Notes under the pieces: generated by a model | Told to the model about the DNA's origin: nothing | Databases searched by the model: none | What the model saw: the letters and a program-made list of their open reading frames with translations, nothing else | In this document: positions 39,240-52,134 of the stretch, piece after piece | Layout: every line of letters starts with the position of its first letter | Position numbering within the stretch: the stretch's first letter is position 1 | From: Catajapyx aquilonaris | Lineage: Eukaryota | Direction of reading: 5' to 3' | DNA length: 64,000 nucleotides | Assembly: GCA_000934665.2 (NCBI GenBank) | Contig: KZ538001.1 | Coordinates: 1 to 64,000, forward strand | Made by a program: the position numbers and the translations under genes

Positions 39240-39900
39240 CCTTGGACTGTAAGCATCGCCATGAGTAGTGCAGTAGCAGAAGTAAACATTATAAAATTTA
39301 CACTAGAAAAGCTTACATTACTTGGTGGGATGTATACGTTACATCCATATTAAAGGTGACCACTTGTTCGCCCAATAGCCAGTGCTTTTCTGCGAGAGTT
39401 ATTAATATTGCATTAGGTGCCTGTGCTAGTGGAAAGTTCATGCTGCACATGAAGTGCCTCACCGGCGTAAAATAGAACCAACCCTATTATAATAATTATC
39501 GATCCTCAAGTTTGGAGCAACGATGTTAAAGGAAGCTAGTTTGAATACCGCTATGCTTTCGACCGGATTTTGCTGATTTAATGAATCTCGATATATGCGC
39601 CGCACTGAATAAGTATTCAAAAAGCATGCAAAAATCCAGAATAGTAACCATACAGTAACAAAGGTCGACCCGAGCTTAAAACCTCGACAAGTTCAGCTCC
39701 AAAAATCATAGATTTCCAATATACCATGCCTTCTTGCACCTCCTGCAACATCTTGTTTAACCTATTCTCCACTAGACGGTCTAAAATGCTCTCGATATTT
39801 TTCCAAATAACTATGAATTGGACTAGATCGGGAAGCCATAATAGACGAAAAGAGGCGACTCCTAGCGCCAAATGGTCATTGGTGCTCTGACACGGATTGA
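39240..39900 (-). mobile_element. Decayed non-LTR (RTE/CR1-like) reverse transcriptase
   Basis: SILDRLVENRLNKMLQEVQEG (like KILERI..RL..EQxGF), GRPLLLYG..GFLHAF (like D.xKAFD) and IMFTSATALL (like LFADDxxLL), in order. Confidence 0.45.
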
Positions 39901-40050
39901 ATTGGATCCGGAGTGCCATACGTCAAGATATGAGGCAGTTGTACAAGTCCGCCAACGGTGTTTTACTGCATTTAGTTGGCTGAAATTGTCGGCAATCAAG
40001 TAGGATGTATGGCACAGTAGCTTTCCTGTTCTGGCTCGTCTTGGCTCGAA

Positions 40051-41280
40051 ATGTCCTTCATCGTCCTAGCTAGGCGGCCTGGATTTTCGCTCCGACTGGA
40101 GACGCCCAAATTGCTCTTCCCATCTCGCCTTGTCTGCAGGCACTTTCAATTACGCCCGCCTAGTCTGGCATTAGAGCAGTTCTTCCAAATCAGCCTTTTA
40201 ATTATGGGGGGAGGGGGCAAGGAGAAACCCAAGTTACTATAGCGCGCCTATCAGTCTAGTCGCCTGATCTGTAGGTCCTTGCTTATGGCTCCACCTGCTG
40301 GCTTGGCATGGCATCAGACACCCTGCGGCCAGGAAGTTCATTCATTGATGGAGCCTTTGCCCTCCTTGCCTTTTCTTCTCCTCCAAACACCTTGCAGCAT
40401 TTTATTTCATGTTGCCTTCTTTATCGCCCGGCCATGCGATTTATGGCTGCATTTACGGCCCAGAGTGGCAATAGTCCAACATCGCCTTTGGCATGCTACA
40501 ACAACTATTTTCTACTCCTTCATCTAAAGCAATTTGAATGTTCCTGGCAAATATTTGTAGATATTCGCATTTGGGCTGGTTCATTCATAGGTAGGCAGCA
40601 GTGGGTGGTGGGTGGGTGGGTCATCCATCCGGCTGGAGGCTCCCATGGCATTGACCCTTCCGAGTCCAAGTCCACGCCCGCCCGCCTCCTGTGGGCCGTG
40701 AGAGGCGGTGGGTAGTTGGAACTGGAAGGACCAGTTCTTCCAGCTCACAAGCTGTTGCCATGCTTGGCTTCACCTCCCGCCCAGCACTCTTCACTCGGCT
40801 ACTACAACTCCGGAACACTTCTTCGGAAGGAACTCCAGGTCATCCTCGATCCAAATACCAGCCTGACCTTTCCTACCCGCAACCTTTTCTAAAGGCTGGC
40901 GTAAACAATCCAATTTACCTTTGACCCGAAATGAGCAACAGGAAAAGAGGAGTTTCCGCCAGCTTTAAATATGCAACTCAGCACTCCGCTGTCCATTTGT
41001 CATGGAAGCAATTTGCGGTAATTCACTTCCCATGTCACAGCCTCTCATCGTCCAGCCCTAGTTGAATTGAGGTTATCAAGTGGAAAAGTGCGAGGGACTT
41101 TTTCTAGCTCTATTTTCGGTGCCTCCCAATAGTGGTGCATACATTTTCGCCATCACTTTGGCAGTATTTTTTTATCGACCAATTTTTTTTTCTACTGGAA
41201 GGTTCACGTTTCCCTATGACATTCCGCTGCCTTGGATGCCTCTGAAGAGTCCTAGCTCTGGGAAAAGTGGGCCTCCTTGA
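40051..41280 (+). mobile_element. Best-preserved Penelope-like element (RT plus GIY-YIG, degenerate)
   Basis: Ordered motifs: PGFSLRLETPKLLFPSRLV; CCLL..F..QSGNSPTSPLA..NYFL..WQIFVD; ALFTRLLQL..LSYPQPFL; YQVEKCEGLFL; YDIPLPWMPL; then CTGAAGA...GAAA at 41242-41265. Confidence 0.6.
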
Positions 41281-41289
41281 GGGAGTGCA

Positions 41290-41390
41290 GGTGCTGGGCA
41301 GCCAAACGGTTGCTTTGCGCAGACAGGTGAGAAGGTAAACCGGCAAGGGTGTCCAACAAAGTCGTGGACAGAGCAGGTGTCTGCAGTATT
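41290..41390 (+). mobile_element. RTE-like LINE C-terminal remnant
   Basis: RQGCPTKSWTEQV resembles R.GRP..RW.D.V. Confidence 0.4.
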
Positions 41391-41766
41391 TTTTGCAGTC
41401 ATTATTATGGCCAGCACCTGTTACCAGAAAGTTTCTACTGGACATCCCTAGAGAAAGGAAGGCACGTGCTGCGATAATGCTATTGGGGGAAGGAAGGTTA
41501 ACTAAAGAACACCTGCCGCCCCAAAAAGGTGTATGGACCCGCAGCACACGGGTAGTTTGAAACTGGAGTCCCCGGCACCAGCCTGAAGAGCCCATAATAT
41601 TCTTAGCCCATGCAGCCCGTCGGAATGAATGGAATAAAGTTGCCTTCCTGGCGCCATCCTCGCCTAGATTGCAGTCGAGTTCCCTAAAATTGTGTCATAT
41701 GCAGTGCAGTGGTGCTTGGGCTCGGCTCAAGTCGCCTCTGATTGCCTTGTGCCAGATCAACCCTTG

Positions 41767-41818
41767 ATGCATGTGAACTTTACCTTATATATTCGTATAA
41801 GGTAAAGTTCACATGCAT
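41767..41818. repeat. Perfect 23-bp hairpin with 6-nt loop
   Basis: ATGCATGTGAACTTTACCTTATA-tattcg-TATAAGGTAAAGTTCACATGCAT. Confidence 0.97.
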
Positions 41819-41899
41819 ATGAAAATTGTTGGGTCTCACCCTATACTTGGGTGAGCCTATAAGTATTTCCCGAACAGATAATCAGGAGAGTGATCTACC

Positions 41900-42480
41900 T
41901 ATCTACCTACCTGGTTGGCTGGCTGCCTACTGGGAATATGGATAATCAATTTATCCCTAATGGAGGGCGGCTGTGGCTCAATTCTCCACGCTGGGGATGC
42001 AAGATCATGAATGGAAAGCCAGTCGCGTGCTGGAAGCAATCGGCTGGGAATTAGCAGGCCCAAGTGCCTATCTATAGCCGGGGGTGGAGGCACCGACACT
42101 GCTATTCTGTGTGGTTGATATGACTAGCTATACCAAGAACTAGATTTTTCCGCTTGGCGGCACCCTTGATGATGTGACGGCCCTCACGAGAGGGCAGTGG
42201 CGTCTGGGAAAGTCTCTTTTGTAGAGAGAGTTGTGGGACGGCCTGGTTCCGGGCTTGCTCTGAACCTGTGGGGTCAGAAGAAATGACCTGAGGAGGTCAG
42301 CTGGAGTAGTTGGCCTATAAGCGTCTTTGGAAGCTGGGATGGGATATGTCCTATCCATCGGCGATATTCCTCCATGGGCACCATCCGAAAGGACCATTTC
42401 TTTATCCAGTGCCGGAGGAAAAGGAAAGGCAGTGGCCAAGTGTTGTGTTGTTTCAGGAAGTCGTTAGGGTTTTCCACTTG
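41900..42480 (-). mobile_element. Decayed Penelope-like (possibly Neptune-type) linker and GIY-YIG
   Basis: AYRPTTPADLLRS..PGTRPS resembles AYRRPxNLxDxLVRS..GTxPC; downstream is IRDKLIIHIPSRQP. Confidence 0.4.
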
Positions 42481-42964
42481 CACGCTGCTTCTCCCGTAAG
42501 AAGCTTAGGAAGTGGGAAAGTTGTGGGTTGTTAATCCTTGCTTTGGTTTGGGACCGGGAGTTCGATTAAGCCTCCGTTTCGGGAAAGGTCCCAGAAGAGC
42601 CCGGGCTCTTTCGCGCCCGATATTGAAGCTTGGCTCCTCTCTCATAACTTACGCCTTGTGCTGTTCTAAAGGAGGCGCTTGATTAAATTGCCGCCGGATA
42701 ATCTCAACTCGGGAAAGGCTTATGGTAGTCGCTCACTCGAATCAACATTTTCATTACCGAATATTTCCGTACTCTGGACCCCCAACAGGAGCTATGGCCA
42801 ACCTATGAGTTTATGGCACCCGGAAGGCAGGTTGGTCACGCATTTGCGTGTGCCCGATGTTTCTCCCAGCAACGTGAAGACAAACACTCATGTGCCCTCA
42901 GGTGTATGTCAAAATCGCTAGCTCTGGGATAGATCGAACCTAGCCGAGCCTTAGGGAGTCCGGT

Positions 42965-43330
42965 TGGGACATTTCGCGTCTCCTGGAGCCTTATTTCAAT
43001 TTTCCAGAGTTTAATTGTGCATGTTGAGGCTGCCGCCTGGCTGCCTCGCGACCCAGCAGGAAACTCGTTACCGGTATATACGGCAGACCCAGCCATTGAT
43101 TCCTCAGAGGGGAATAGCGCATGCCCTTGATGCCCGATGATGACACCTATTTTTTCGGGCCACACTCTTGTCGGAAACTGCAGCTGCGCTGCTCCGCACT
43201 GCACCGCACTGCACTACTGCACATTAGAAAAGGCCGGTGTGAAATACGGCCCCGACTTAGATGGCTATGGCCCATTGTTGCTGGTCGTCTCAAATAATGG
43301 GCAGAGAGCATGAACCATGCGGACTGAATG
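42965..43330 (-). mobile_element. Decayed Penelope-like GIY-YIG C-terminal fragment
   Basis: SSAV..; RVWPEKIGVIIGHQGHALFPSEESMA; a GAAATGTC motif at ~42978-42971. Confidence 0.35.
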
Positions 43331-44612
43331 AAATTATTTAATCCGATTAATGGACTAAACAAATGGATCACTATCGGCCCACTAATTGAGTGAGTGATGG
43401 AAAGCCAAACAATTTGACTCATGTAGAGGAAATTGCTCATGCAGGATGCCCAGCATTTCTCTTGTAATTAAAATGGCTGCTCACTGGCTCGTGTAGCCCC
43501 CGCTGGCAGTTGTATGAGAAATGATGCGTCCTACATGTAAATATGGTCAAAAAAAGTGGCTAGTTGTTTTTAAAAACTGCATGGCTTTGCATAGAGCCAG
43601 GATCCAATTGCTGGCTAACAAACACTCGAAAAATGGCGCGACACCTACCGGGAGCAAAAGTTTTTTTTTTGAGGGGGGGGGGGGGAGGGGGGTCGTCAGG
43701 TGGCATCTTGGTGCAACCTGCCTCGGGATTTATGTGGGCCATACGAATTGTGCCCGAACAGCTAGAGAAAGATTCCAGGAGTCTCCATGCATAAAATTAC
43801 GATTTGTAAAGGACGTTCGCCATCTTGGGAATTCGGACCTCCGCAGTAAAACTATTCGTATTCGTCCGTCAGTGTTAGGGATGCATGGCAGCCGGAGAGC
43901 CGTCCGAGAACGTGTAAAAACACTTCAGGACGAAGTGTGTATACCGACAGAGTGAATAAAAGTCGACGGTGACCACCTGCTGCAGCACCGTCAGTGGCGC
44001 CAATACAAAAAGACATAATTTATTGATATTCGGTTTGCATGGTGCATGTAAATCATTAGGGTGTGGGCAGTGGTGACCCTTGCAAAATGCGTCCTTGGCG
44101 AACTTGTTTTGGCGCGAGAAGCTGGATGTGGGCAATTAATGGAAGGAAGACCGTGCCATTCACCTTGCAAAGGCTCTGCTGCAGCACAATGGCGCTAAAT
44201 ATCCGTTGTTCCTGCGGGCTTTTCAGGGGGTGGCGGCCGGGCCTCGACATGAATAGGTCTTCTTCTCTTTTTCCTTTTTTTTCTGGGGGCCCTTCAACGA
44301 AGCCCCGGGGCCTTCCTTTTTGCCTCCTCTTTGTCGCGCCCAGTCATTCAAGAGTAGTGGCGTAGTCAAGCCTCCAGATTGCCAGATTACATAGCCCGAG
44401 GCCTTCTCGACACAGCGCCTGGATTAGGTTAAATTGCTGGATAATGAAGTTGACATTTGAGGACGTTGTATTGAGAACCAGATAATTACATGAGCTTTAG
44501 TAGTTTCCACCAAGTTTCCCAGGTGCCATTTATGCCTCTAAACCGTTAATGGTAATTGCATTTGTATGCGTAATATTGGTTGTATGCCTAATTGCATCTT
44601 TCCTTTCTGCAG

Positions 44613-44652
44613 GTACGTTTGGAGCCACGTGGCATCGTCCTGACGACGTAAG
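44613..44652 (+). CDS. 40-nt coding exon 2 (signal-peptide cleavage region and mature N-terminus)
   Basis: Branch-point CTAAT (44588), polypyrimidine tract TCTTTCCTTTCTGCAG|, donor AAG|GTAACT. Phase-compatible with exon 1, giving ..LLKGTFG/ATWHRPDDVR with small residues at -3 and -1. Confidence 0.7.
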
Positions 44653-44849
44653 GTAACTGGTCTACTTTACATGCTCACTTTGTACAGGTGCATTGTGCTG
44701 CAATTGGCATAACTGTAAGCCATAAGTGGTTGGGCTACTTGTTAGGTTAACTGTGAACATGATGTATCAGTTAGCACCTGTACGGAGTGAATGTGCGAAG
44801 GAGGGTCATTCAACGCTGATTTTCGGCTTTTTTTTGACTCCCCCTCTTC

Positions 44850-45031
44850 TCCATGTATGTCTTTTCGTATATATATCCAGCAACTTGCAAGGTTGCACTC
44901 AGCCTGAAGCCAGATCGATCTGCATTCACGTCTACTTCACATGGTTGATCTTTGAAGGAGTCGAATACCAGTTTGCAATAGCGCGAGAGAAATACAATAT
45001 TCCGCGTGCAGATTTCACGCCCACAGCTCAA
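44850..45031 (-). mobile_element. Decayed Penelope-like GIY-YIG fragment
   Basis: CTRNIVFLSRYCKLVF...NADRSGFR resembles CxxxNVVYLIxC..C..Y...NxHRSxIR. Confidence 0.4.
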
Positions 45032-45604
45032 GTAATGAGTCAGGAATGTGGTTTAGGATCCGCTTGCATGAAACGATACTCTGCACTGCACCACTGCAGC
45101 ACTTTTTAAAAATGTAGTTAACTACAGTGTACTGTTGGCATCTTGGAAAAAGTCTATCAGTGAATTTGGGGGGAAATAGCGGTTGGGTAAAATTGGTGCA
45201 GTGGGCCAGCATGTTTTCGGATGGGTGATCATACACATCTGGATTGGGGGGGGGGGGGGGGAAGAAGCCAGTGCGCAAGTCAGCAGCTAAATCCGATTTG
45301 CACTAGGGAGGACCCGTTTTTCCCTCCTTTGCATTCTGTCCCAACGGGGCAGCACTAATGTGTGGCCTTTTGCCGCGATGGGATTGCAATTCTGGGGGTG
45401 CTCAGCGAATACTTGCAAGTCGGACGTTCTTTTCATTCCTGGTCATTGCTGGTCCTGATGGCATTTGGGTTAGGACTGGATTTCACACCCCGTCACAGAG
45501 AAGGCTGGACAACATTATTATGCGGTTGATCGGTCGATGTACTGTGTCGCTGAGTGTGCGAATTCCTGTCTAGGGCCGTGCTAAATTTGGGTTCCGGTCC
45601 AACG

Positions 45605-45900
45605 ATGCGACGTTTCGAAGTTCCCAAGATGCTATTCATTACCTGAGGGAAATGAGAGTTTTTGAGCCCATTACAGGGGCCTGTAAAATAAATTTTGGGG
45701 ACTTTAATTATTTTGTTTATTATTGTGTAGGCCAACTTTTATGGGCACGTAAAATCCAGGGCATGCTTGATTTTGTAGGGTTCTTCAGGGGGAGCTGCTA
45801 GGATGATGTATCCTGCTATCCAAATCAGTGAGTTAAATAACCCGTGTCCCAACCGCTTCCGTTGCTGTACCATTCGGGGTGTAGCAAGCCGAAAAGTGTT
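45605..45900 (-). mobile_element. Decayed Penelope-like GIY-YIG fragment ending in a hammerhead-like remnant
   Basis: RLATPRMVQQRKRLGHGLFNSLI...KIKHAL..IN, then GTAATGA...CTTC-GAAACGTC at 45642-45609. Confidence 0.45.
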
Positions 45901-47249
45901 TAAGTATTTGTTCGGTGTCAAATTGACAATTATTGTCAATTTTAAGTACCCCAGTTCCGCTCCCTGAATAACTTAATATCCGATCACTCCAATCACTGTA
46001 ACTCGGTTGTACAAAAGAAATTTAAGACTCGGGATATAGCCATGTTTGAAATTTTGATCCCCAAACTGCGGTTCGTATGATGAAAAAAATGTGGAACTAC
46101 TTTCACCACAGTGCACTTTCCCCCGTAGGCGTGGAAATTATTTATGAAGGCTATATACAAGAGTGATTGGAGCGTATTTGGGCTATGAGTATACAGCAGA
46201 AATTAAGTTCCTCTAATTTTTTATAGCCTATATAGTTTTTGGGGAAAAAATCCGGGACACACGTGACGATTGTGTTGAGATTAAATGTCAGCTTTGGGCA
46301 AATGAAGTACTTGTGCAGATTTATTTTCTGTCCGTATGCAGAATGAATGTTTCCGAAAAGTGACTAAATATTGCTTCGACAAACAAGTACGTTTCTACTC
46401 TGCCAACAATCCCCCTGAATTAGGGTTGCCACCTCGGTTGACGCGACAGTTTGCCAGTAAAGAAATATATGCCTGCACTATTTTCCAACCACATCAATGA
46501 CCGTGAGCAAGGCAAACGCCGCAATTCCACATATGTGCCAGATTCGTTTGGTTGTAAGCACGCAAGCAAGGGACGTATGTATACACTCATATAGAGCTTT
46601 TCCGTTGAATATAGCGTGGTCTGCTGTTACATGTTCCGCGAATGTTAGCCATGACGGTGGGCGTTTTAGCCAAATTGCACGCCCAGTCGGTCATCCGTCC
46701 ATCTGTGCATGATGAATCTGTGGAAAGCTGCCATGCCCACGCAGTTCCAGGCTCCCTCAAGTTTGTACCTACTGGCCTGTGCCTATCTTCCCCATGTTGA
46801 ACACCGGCAATGTTCAAGCACTGTTTTTACTAGTGTCCAGCTGACAATAACTGTCGGTTGACATCCAGCCAGTTGGCCACATATATGCATTTTTCCCAGT
46901 CCGGATTCTATAGGTCCTTATGTGCATGTGGTGTGCCGACTACTTTGGCTCCAATCAGCCATAAATTAGGCCTACTTTAGCCGTTTTGGCGTGTAACCAC
47001 CCGTTAGCCATCCCCATCGCATAACTTTTTAACGCTATTGCAGTATCTCACAAAAGCGGGCGGCAACGAGGGGTGGGTTGACATGTGAAGCAGGAATTAA
47101 TGCGGAATTGGAAAATGCTTTCGGACACGGGGACAAAGCGACGCATTAATCGCAAGAAATGAAGAGGCGTTTGTGGCAACATAATATAATATTGTGGAGC
47201 ACTCGCTGCGTGCAGGAATTTCAGAGGAAAAATTTCATATACACATTCA

Positions 47250-47500
47250 AGCCCTGCAGCTTGAACTGAAAACTATTGACAAATAGGCTACAGTTGACGT
47301 AATAGCATATCCGTCTGACTGCATGTGGGTGTCAAAAAATGAGGAGGAAAGCATTGGAAATTCAAGTCTTTCCTTCAGGGGCGCTTCCGACATCAGTCCT
47401 TTCTCGCGAAAAGGCTTGGAAGCAATCTCATTTCTATTTGACAAACGAAATTTCTTTCCGAGTTTTCTCACGCTAATGCCTTTCCCCCCGTGCCGTCGAA
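47250..47500 (-). mobile_element. Decayed Penelope-like linker fragment
   Basis: MRKLGKKF..IASKP..LKERLE..SS resembles IxRILKKxNIxVAFKP..KDxL..SxVVY. Confidence 0.4.
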
Positions 47501-48399
47501 AGGTAAAGTTTATCCAATTTGGAGCCGCGCCTCTGTCTCCAATGCCTTCTCGTTAAATCAGTTGTCTTAGCGCTGTGGGGGTGGGGGGTGGAAAGAGGTC
47601 CTTCCTCCCAGTACGGGATTTGGGGAGCAGAGGGTCGAGCCGACGCCGTCACAAGCCTCCAAACCAAATTACTCGGGACGTGGGGAAGGACTGTTGGACC
47701 CCCCACCGGCCCCTAGTTGCCCTGCCCTGTTGGCCCCCAGCAATCTGATTTGCCGGCCGGGGACGACGACGGCAGCGCCCGGCCGGAACATCCCAAAAAA
47801 CGCCGAAAAAACGGGAAGCAGTGAATGACATGTTCCCGAGTGCTGGAGACACAAATCGACTTTGGACACACACTTTGTTGGCAAAGAGCGGTTTCCGTGT
47901 CCTTTTCCTGCGCCCGGCTGCTGATTTGCACGCGACAGCTAGCCAGGAGCGGCCAAGGGCTGTCGGTGTTTATTTTGGCCATGTATCAATAAGGGGGTCT
48001 TCGCCAGTCCAGCGCTGGCCCAGGCATTATTACCTCCTGCGGCCTCATAAATCGCTTCTCTCTGGGGGCGCGTCCATTGATAGGAAGCCAATTCAAGCCT
48101 CGCGCTCGCTGGACATCAGCCTCCTGCCCTCCCAATGCAACAATTCTGGCTGCCAATTTTCTCTTTCCACTCACCCGAACCCAGCTCCAGACCAACCAAC
48201 ATTCCACTTTTCTTGCAGCTAATCCTCCTAGCAATAATACGCTGATGGTTCCCTCAAAACTACTTGGGACTTTTTCCGGACCTCTCTGGTGGCCAGAACT
48301 TTTCCGGTACCGTAATTTAATGACCCGGCAGACGAGACCGGGAAATTAAATTCTCTGGCACTGTTTTGGTAATGCAGCTGTGTTTAACCGGTAATGCTG

Positions 48400-48692
48400 A
48401 TGAACTCAAATAATGCGTGAATGATGTGTGGGCATGGAATTTTGCGGAAACTCAATAAGGATACTGTTACATAAACCTCAAATTTTGGGGATGTGGTTGC
48501 TGCACCAGTCATATTCAATATGTGCCTATTAATGGGAGGCATGCATGTAGCTGTACTTTGCCACCAGTTGCTGTTATTTTGCATGGAAAGGCGCATGTTC
48601 CTTTTACGGCATAGGTGTTGGAGAGGCAGGCTCCGGAGAAGGATTTCCCGGAGAAATCCGGCCCTCCTGCTGCTTTTCTGGAGTAGCTTCAA
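48400..48692 (-). mobile_element. Decayed Penelope-like GIY-YIG fragment
   Basis: RNMRLSMQN...PINRHILNMTG..KFEV..RKI. Confidence 0.35.
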
Positions 48693-51600
48693 CTAATTCG
48701 CAGCTCCACAGGAGCGCCGTCGACTTAGATATAGCGCTGTAGAAATTGACGGCCGCTTGTCTGGGGTCATGTTTTGCGGGACACTCGGAGGGGCTGGGAG
48801 TGACGTTAGTTGAAAGGCCTGTCCTGCACATTCCTCAAGTTCGTTGGGAGAAAATCGCGCGGACGATCGCCTCGCTCAGATTTGTACTGGCCTGTGGTTA
48901 GGTTAGGCTATAGGCTCGTGTGCCTATAGTGGCGAGCAATAGGGCCAACCTGCACGAGCGCCCCAATCTCTCGCTCATTTCCTCCACAGGCACCGCAAGC
49001 CCCGGGGCTTGGATTTCTCGCCTCCACAGCCTCCTAATCATTTTCTATGGTTCACAATATCCGTCCTGTCACATTTCACCTCGACTTTCTCTCCCCTAGC
49101 CTCTCCTCACTAGAAGCCGCCACTTGCATTTTAAAGCTGGCTTGGGCCTCTTATATACACGAGCCCTCATCAGTAGCAGATGACTCCAGTCTAACAAAAT
49201 AGTTTTCCGAAATTGCGGCGAATGACAAATTGTTTCCTCTGGCCCAAATGATAACGCAGCCGTTATTGCTTTATTTTTAAAATTCGCATTATCAGTAAGT
49301 TATATTTTGTTTGATGAAGATGCGAGCAAACACGCATTCGTAATTTTGTGGCACTAGAGCCACACGACTTTTATGAGCCTTCAATACAGTGCAGGCCGCA
49401 GCGCCGTGTTTGTTTTGACGAGGTGCATAGGCGTGGAGCGAGTTATGGAACGCTCAGGTATAAAGGGGTACTATACACGAGCCAACTTTTGCGATGCGGT
49501 AAGTCTCGACATAAAAATGGAACAAAACGTGCTTTGAGAACTGACAGGGCTGGAAGACATATAGCCGCATAAACCATAATTGGTTGAGAAATCTATGGAT
49601 CGCAAACTCGGGACCAACCTAAGCAGGATAATACTCTGAAGCACTACAATGACTGAAGAATCTTGTAGCGTTCCAGCTTTTCCAGCGAATAATTCGTGTC
49701 AACATGGTGGTGAATAGCCTAAGGCCTATATATACCGGCTAGAGAATTACACATGCGTTGAGGATGAACTTATCCACCGAAGAAACTTGAAGAAACGGTT
49801 GAACTGGGGCCAAGTGCAGTTCACAATTCTTGAGATAATGTTGCATGATTTAAAAAAAAAGAAAACCAACGTCAGGTAATTTCAATAGGTAATCCGATGC
49901 AGTGGCAGTACTGCGGGACAATTTACAGAAATATGGGTTAGGTCTATATTCATATTTTTGGAAGCAAATGTGTGCCAGACTATTGCAAACGAAAAGTAGC
50001 TCACTTGTGTGCTCAGTATAAGTTTGAAGTTGTCCTGCAGTACTGCCTGGAATTTGGCAGCATAAAATTTAAAGTAGATCATAGAAAACATGATTTTGAA
50101 AAATAAGGCATAAAACCTGAAGATTCCGGTGTGTTTTTTATGAAATAAATACATGATGGTATGATGAACATGCGCTAGTTCATACAACCCGGGGCCTACT
50201 AATCACTAATGTGCTGGTGGAAATTGCGGAGTCTATGGTACAAAAATAATGTTTTTAATGGGCGTTGTCAATCAGTCCGTAGGCTTCCATTTACCCAGGT
50301 GATTTTGACACTATGCACCAACTTTTGCGAGTTGGACGTGCGTGCAGAATAAATATGACCGATCCTAAACCGCTTGTAGTGCATGTAGAGCATAACGGAT
50401 TCATTTCGGAAATGACATGCATTCTATTTGCATGATGCTGGTTTTAACGGGTTTAAATATTAAAAATGGAATTTTCTTCATTGGTGTGATTCTAATGCTA
50501 ACTTTTAGGTACAAATAGTATATGACTACTATACCTTTGGGTATGCAGTATATGCATGTATTGTTCAGTATTTTTTTGAGAGCTTGGATTTGGTAGCGTG
50601 TAGATTGGGAGATGGAAGAGCCTATTTTCCTCCCTGACGCCTCTGCTTTGAATGGCGAGGGGGAAAGGAAGAAAGGAGCCGCCTGCAGAAATGGAAGTGC
50701 AGGAAGGCGCTCTATGGATCGCATAAGAAGCGATTGCGTGTATATGGCCTATCTGAACTGTCGAAGCTACACAAACATCCTATCTAGAAATTCTAGGAAA
50801 TGTCGCCTGGGGCGTTTTGAAAAGTCCCGGAAGGTCTGACTATTTGAGCAAAAACTGGGTATAAGCCTATATGCACAGGCCGATTCAGTGAATATATCCA
50901 TATTGATGCACGTTTTAACTGATGTGTTGAGTTATAATTCACATTACTTGTGGGTTGTAGACTTCGCAATACTGCTGCATACCATATAGTAATGTTAACA
51001 CTATTGTTCAGCCGAATGTACTGATTCACTGAACCACTCTGTATGCCATGTTAAAAAGCCAACAATAACACGCACGTTAAAACCCCATGATTTATTAGCA
51101 GGTATCGTTCTGAGTGGCTCGGATCAAACAGAAATGTGTTTATTCATAAAATTATGTGCCGGAATATTGATTGTAATATTTAGCATGCTTTCGAAACTGG
51201 CAAATGGACTTTAATCCGCCAGCCCAGTTTTCATTCACCATTTTGTTTGTGCGCGTCGCGTTCCTGTATTAACTTAACAGTAATACACGTCATTGGCTCG
51301 AGGTCATCACGTTTTATCGCCATATCACGATCTGTTCATGCTGCGAAGAACAAATTATGCAGACTGATTAAGCCTTTAATTATTTATGTAGACAGGTGTT
51401 GTTTTCCTAGCCACTCTGGAGTGGCAGACCCAGCCGAGAACAGGCACATCAGGTGTATAAGCAAAGCATTTTGTCAAATGTTCACCGAGTCATGGATTGA
51501 TGCGCGTATCGCTTTTGTTCTTTATGGTTCATGACTCTTGCGTGCATACCGGTTGGCCTGATGAAAGGTAGGTGCTGTTAACGCCATGTGAGCGATAAGA

Positions 51601-52134
51601 CATAATGGCATGTTTTAACGCTTGGAAACCTGTCATTTCCGCCATGTGCAAGTGCGTAAACGGGGGAGGCATTGCTTTGTTATTGTAATGCGACACCCGT
51701 GATTCACGGGTAATTGAGTGTGTCAGTCTTGTCATATTACGCGTTTAAAAAATAATTTGGCCATTTTATTATGTATATCCACGCCTAGTATTAGGTTTTG
51801 GGTGCGGTAATGATGATGGGATTGATTTGTATTTTTGGTTCCATTTGCATTTTGTCACCCAGTAACTCGGAGCATGATTACCTAGAATTTCCTTCTGGTT
51901 GGACGCCATCAGGAGCCACTTGTCACTGCGATATCGCCTCATCCAAAGCTCCAGAGGAGCGATAGTCCAGCTTTACAGTCCTGCCAAGTGATGCTTTCAA
52001 TGGGATCCCGATCTGATAGCATCCCACTGCCTATTAGACAAGGTGATAAGGAATGCAGGGGAGAACCGTTTGTTACAGCCCTAGACTGTACTGTAGTTGA
52101 CATACAGCCGTATAAAAATGACCAGTTTTCACTC

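Noticed and set aside
44613..44652. Aldo-keto reductase similarity of WHRPDDVR
   Set aside because: The match is too short, and the upstream signal peptide is inconsistent with a cytosolic AKR.
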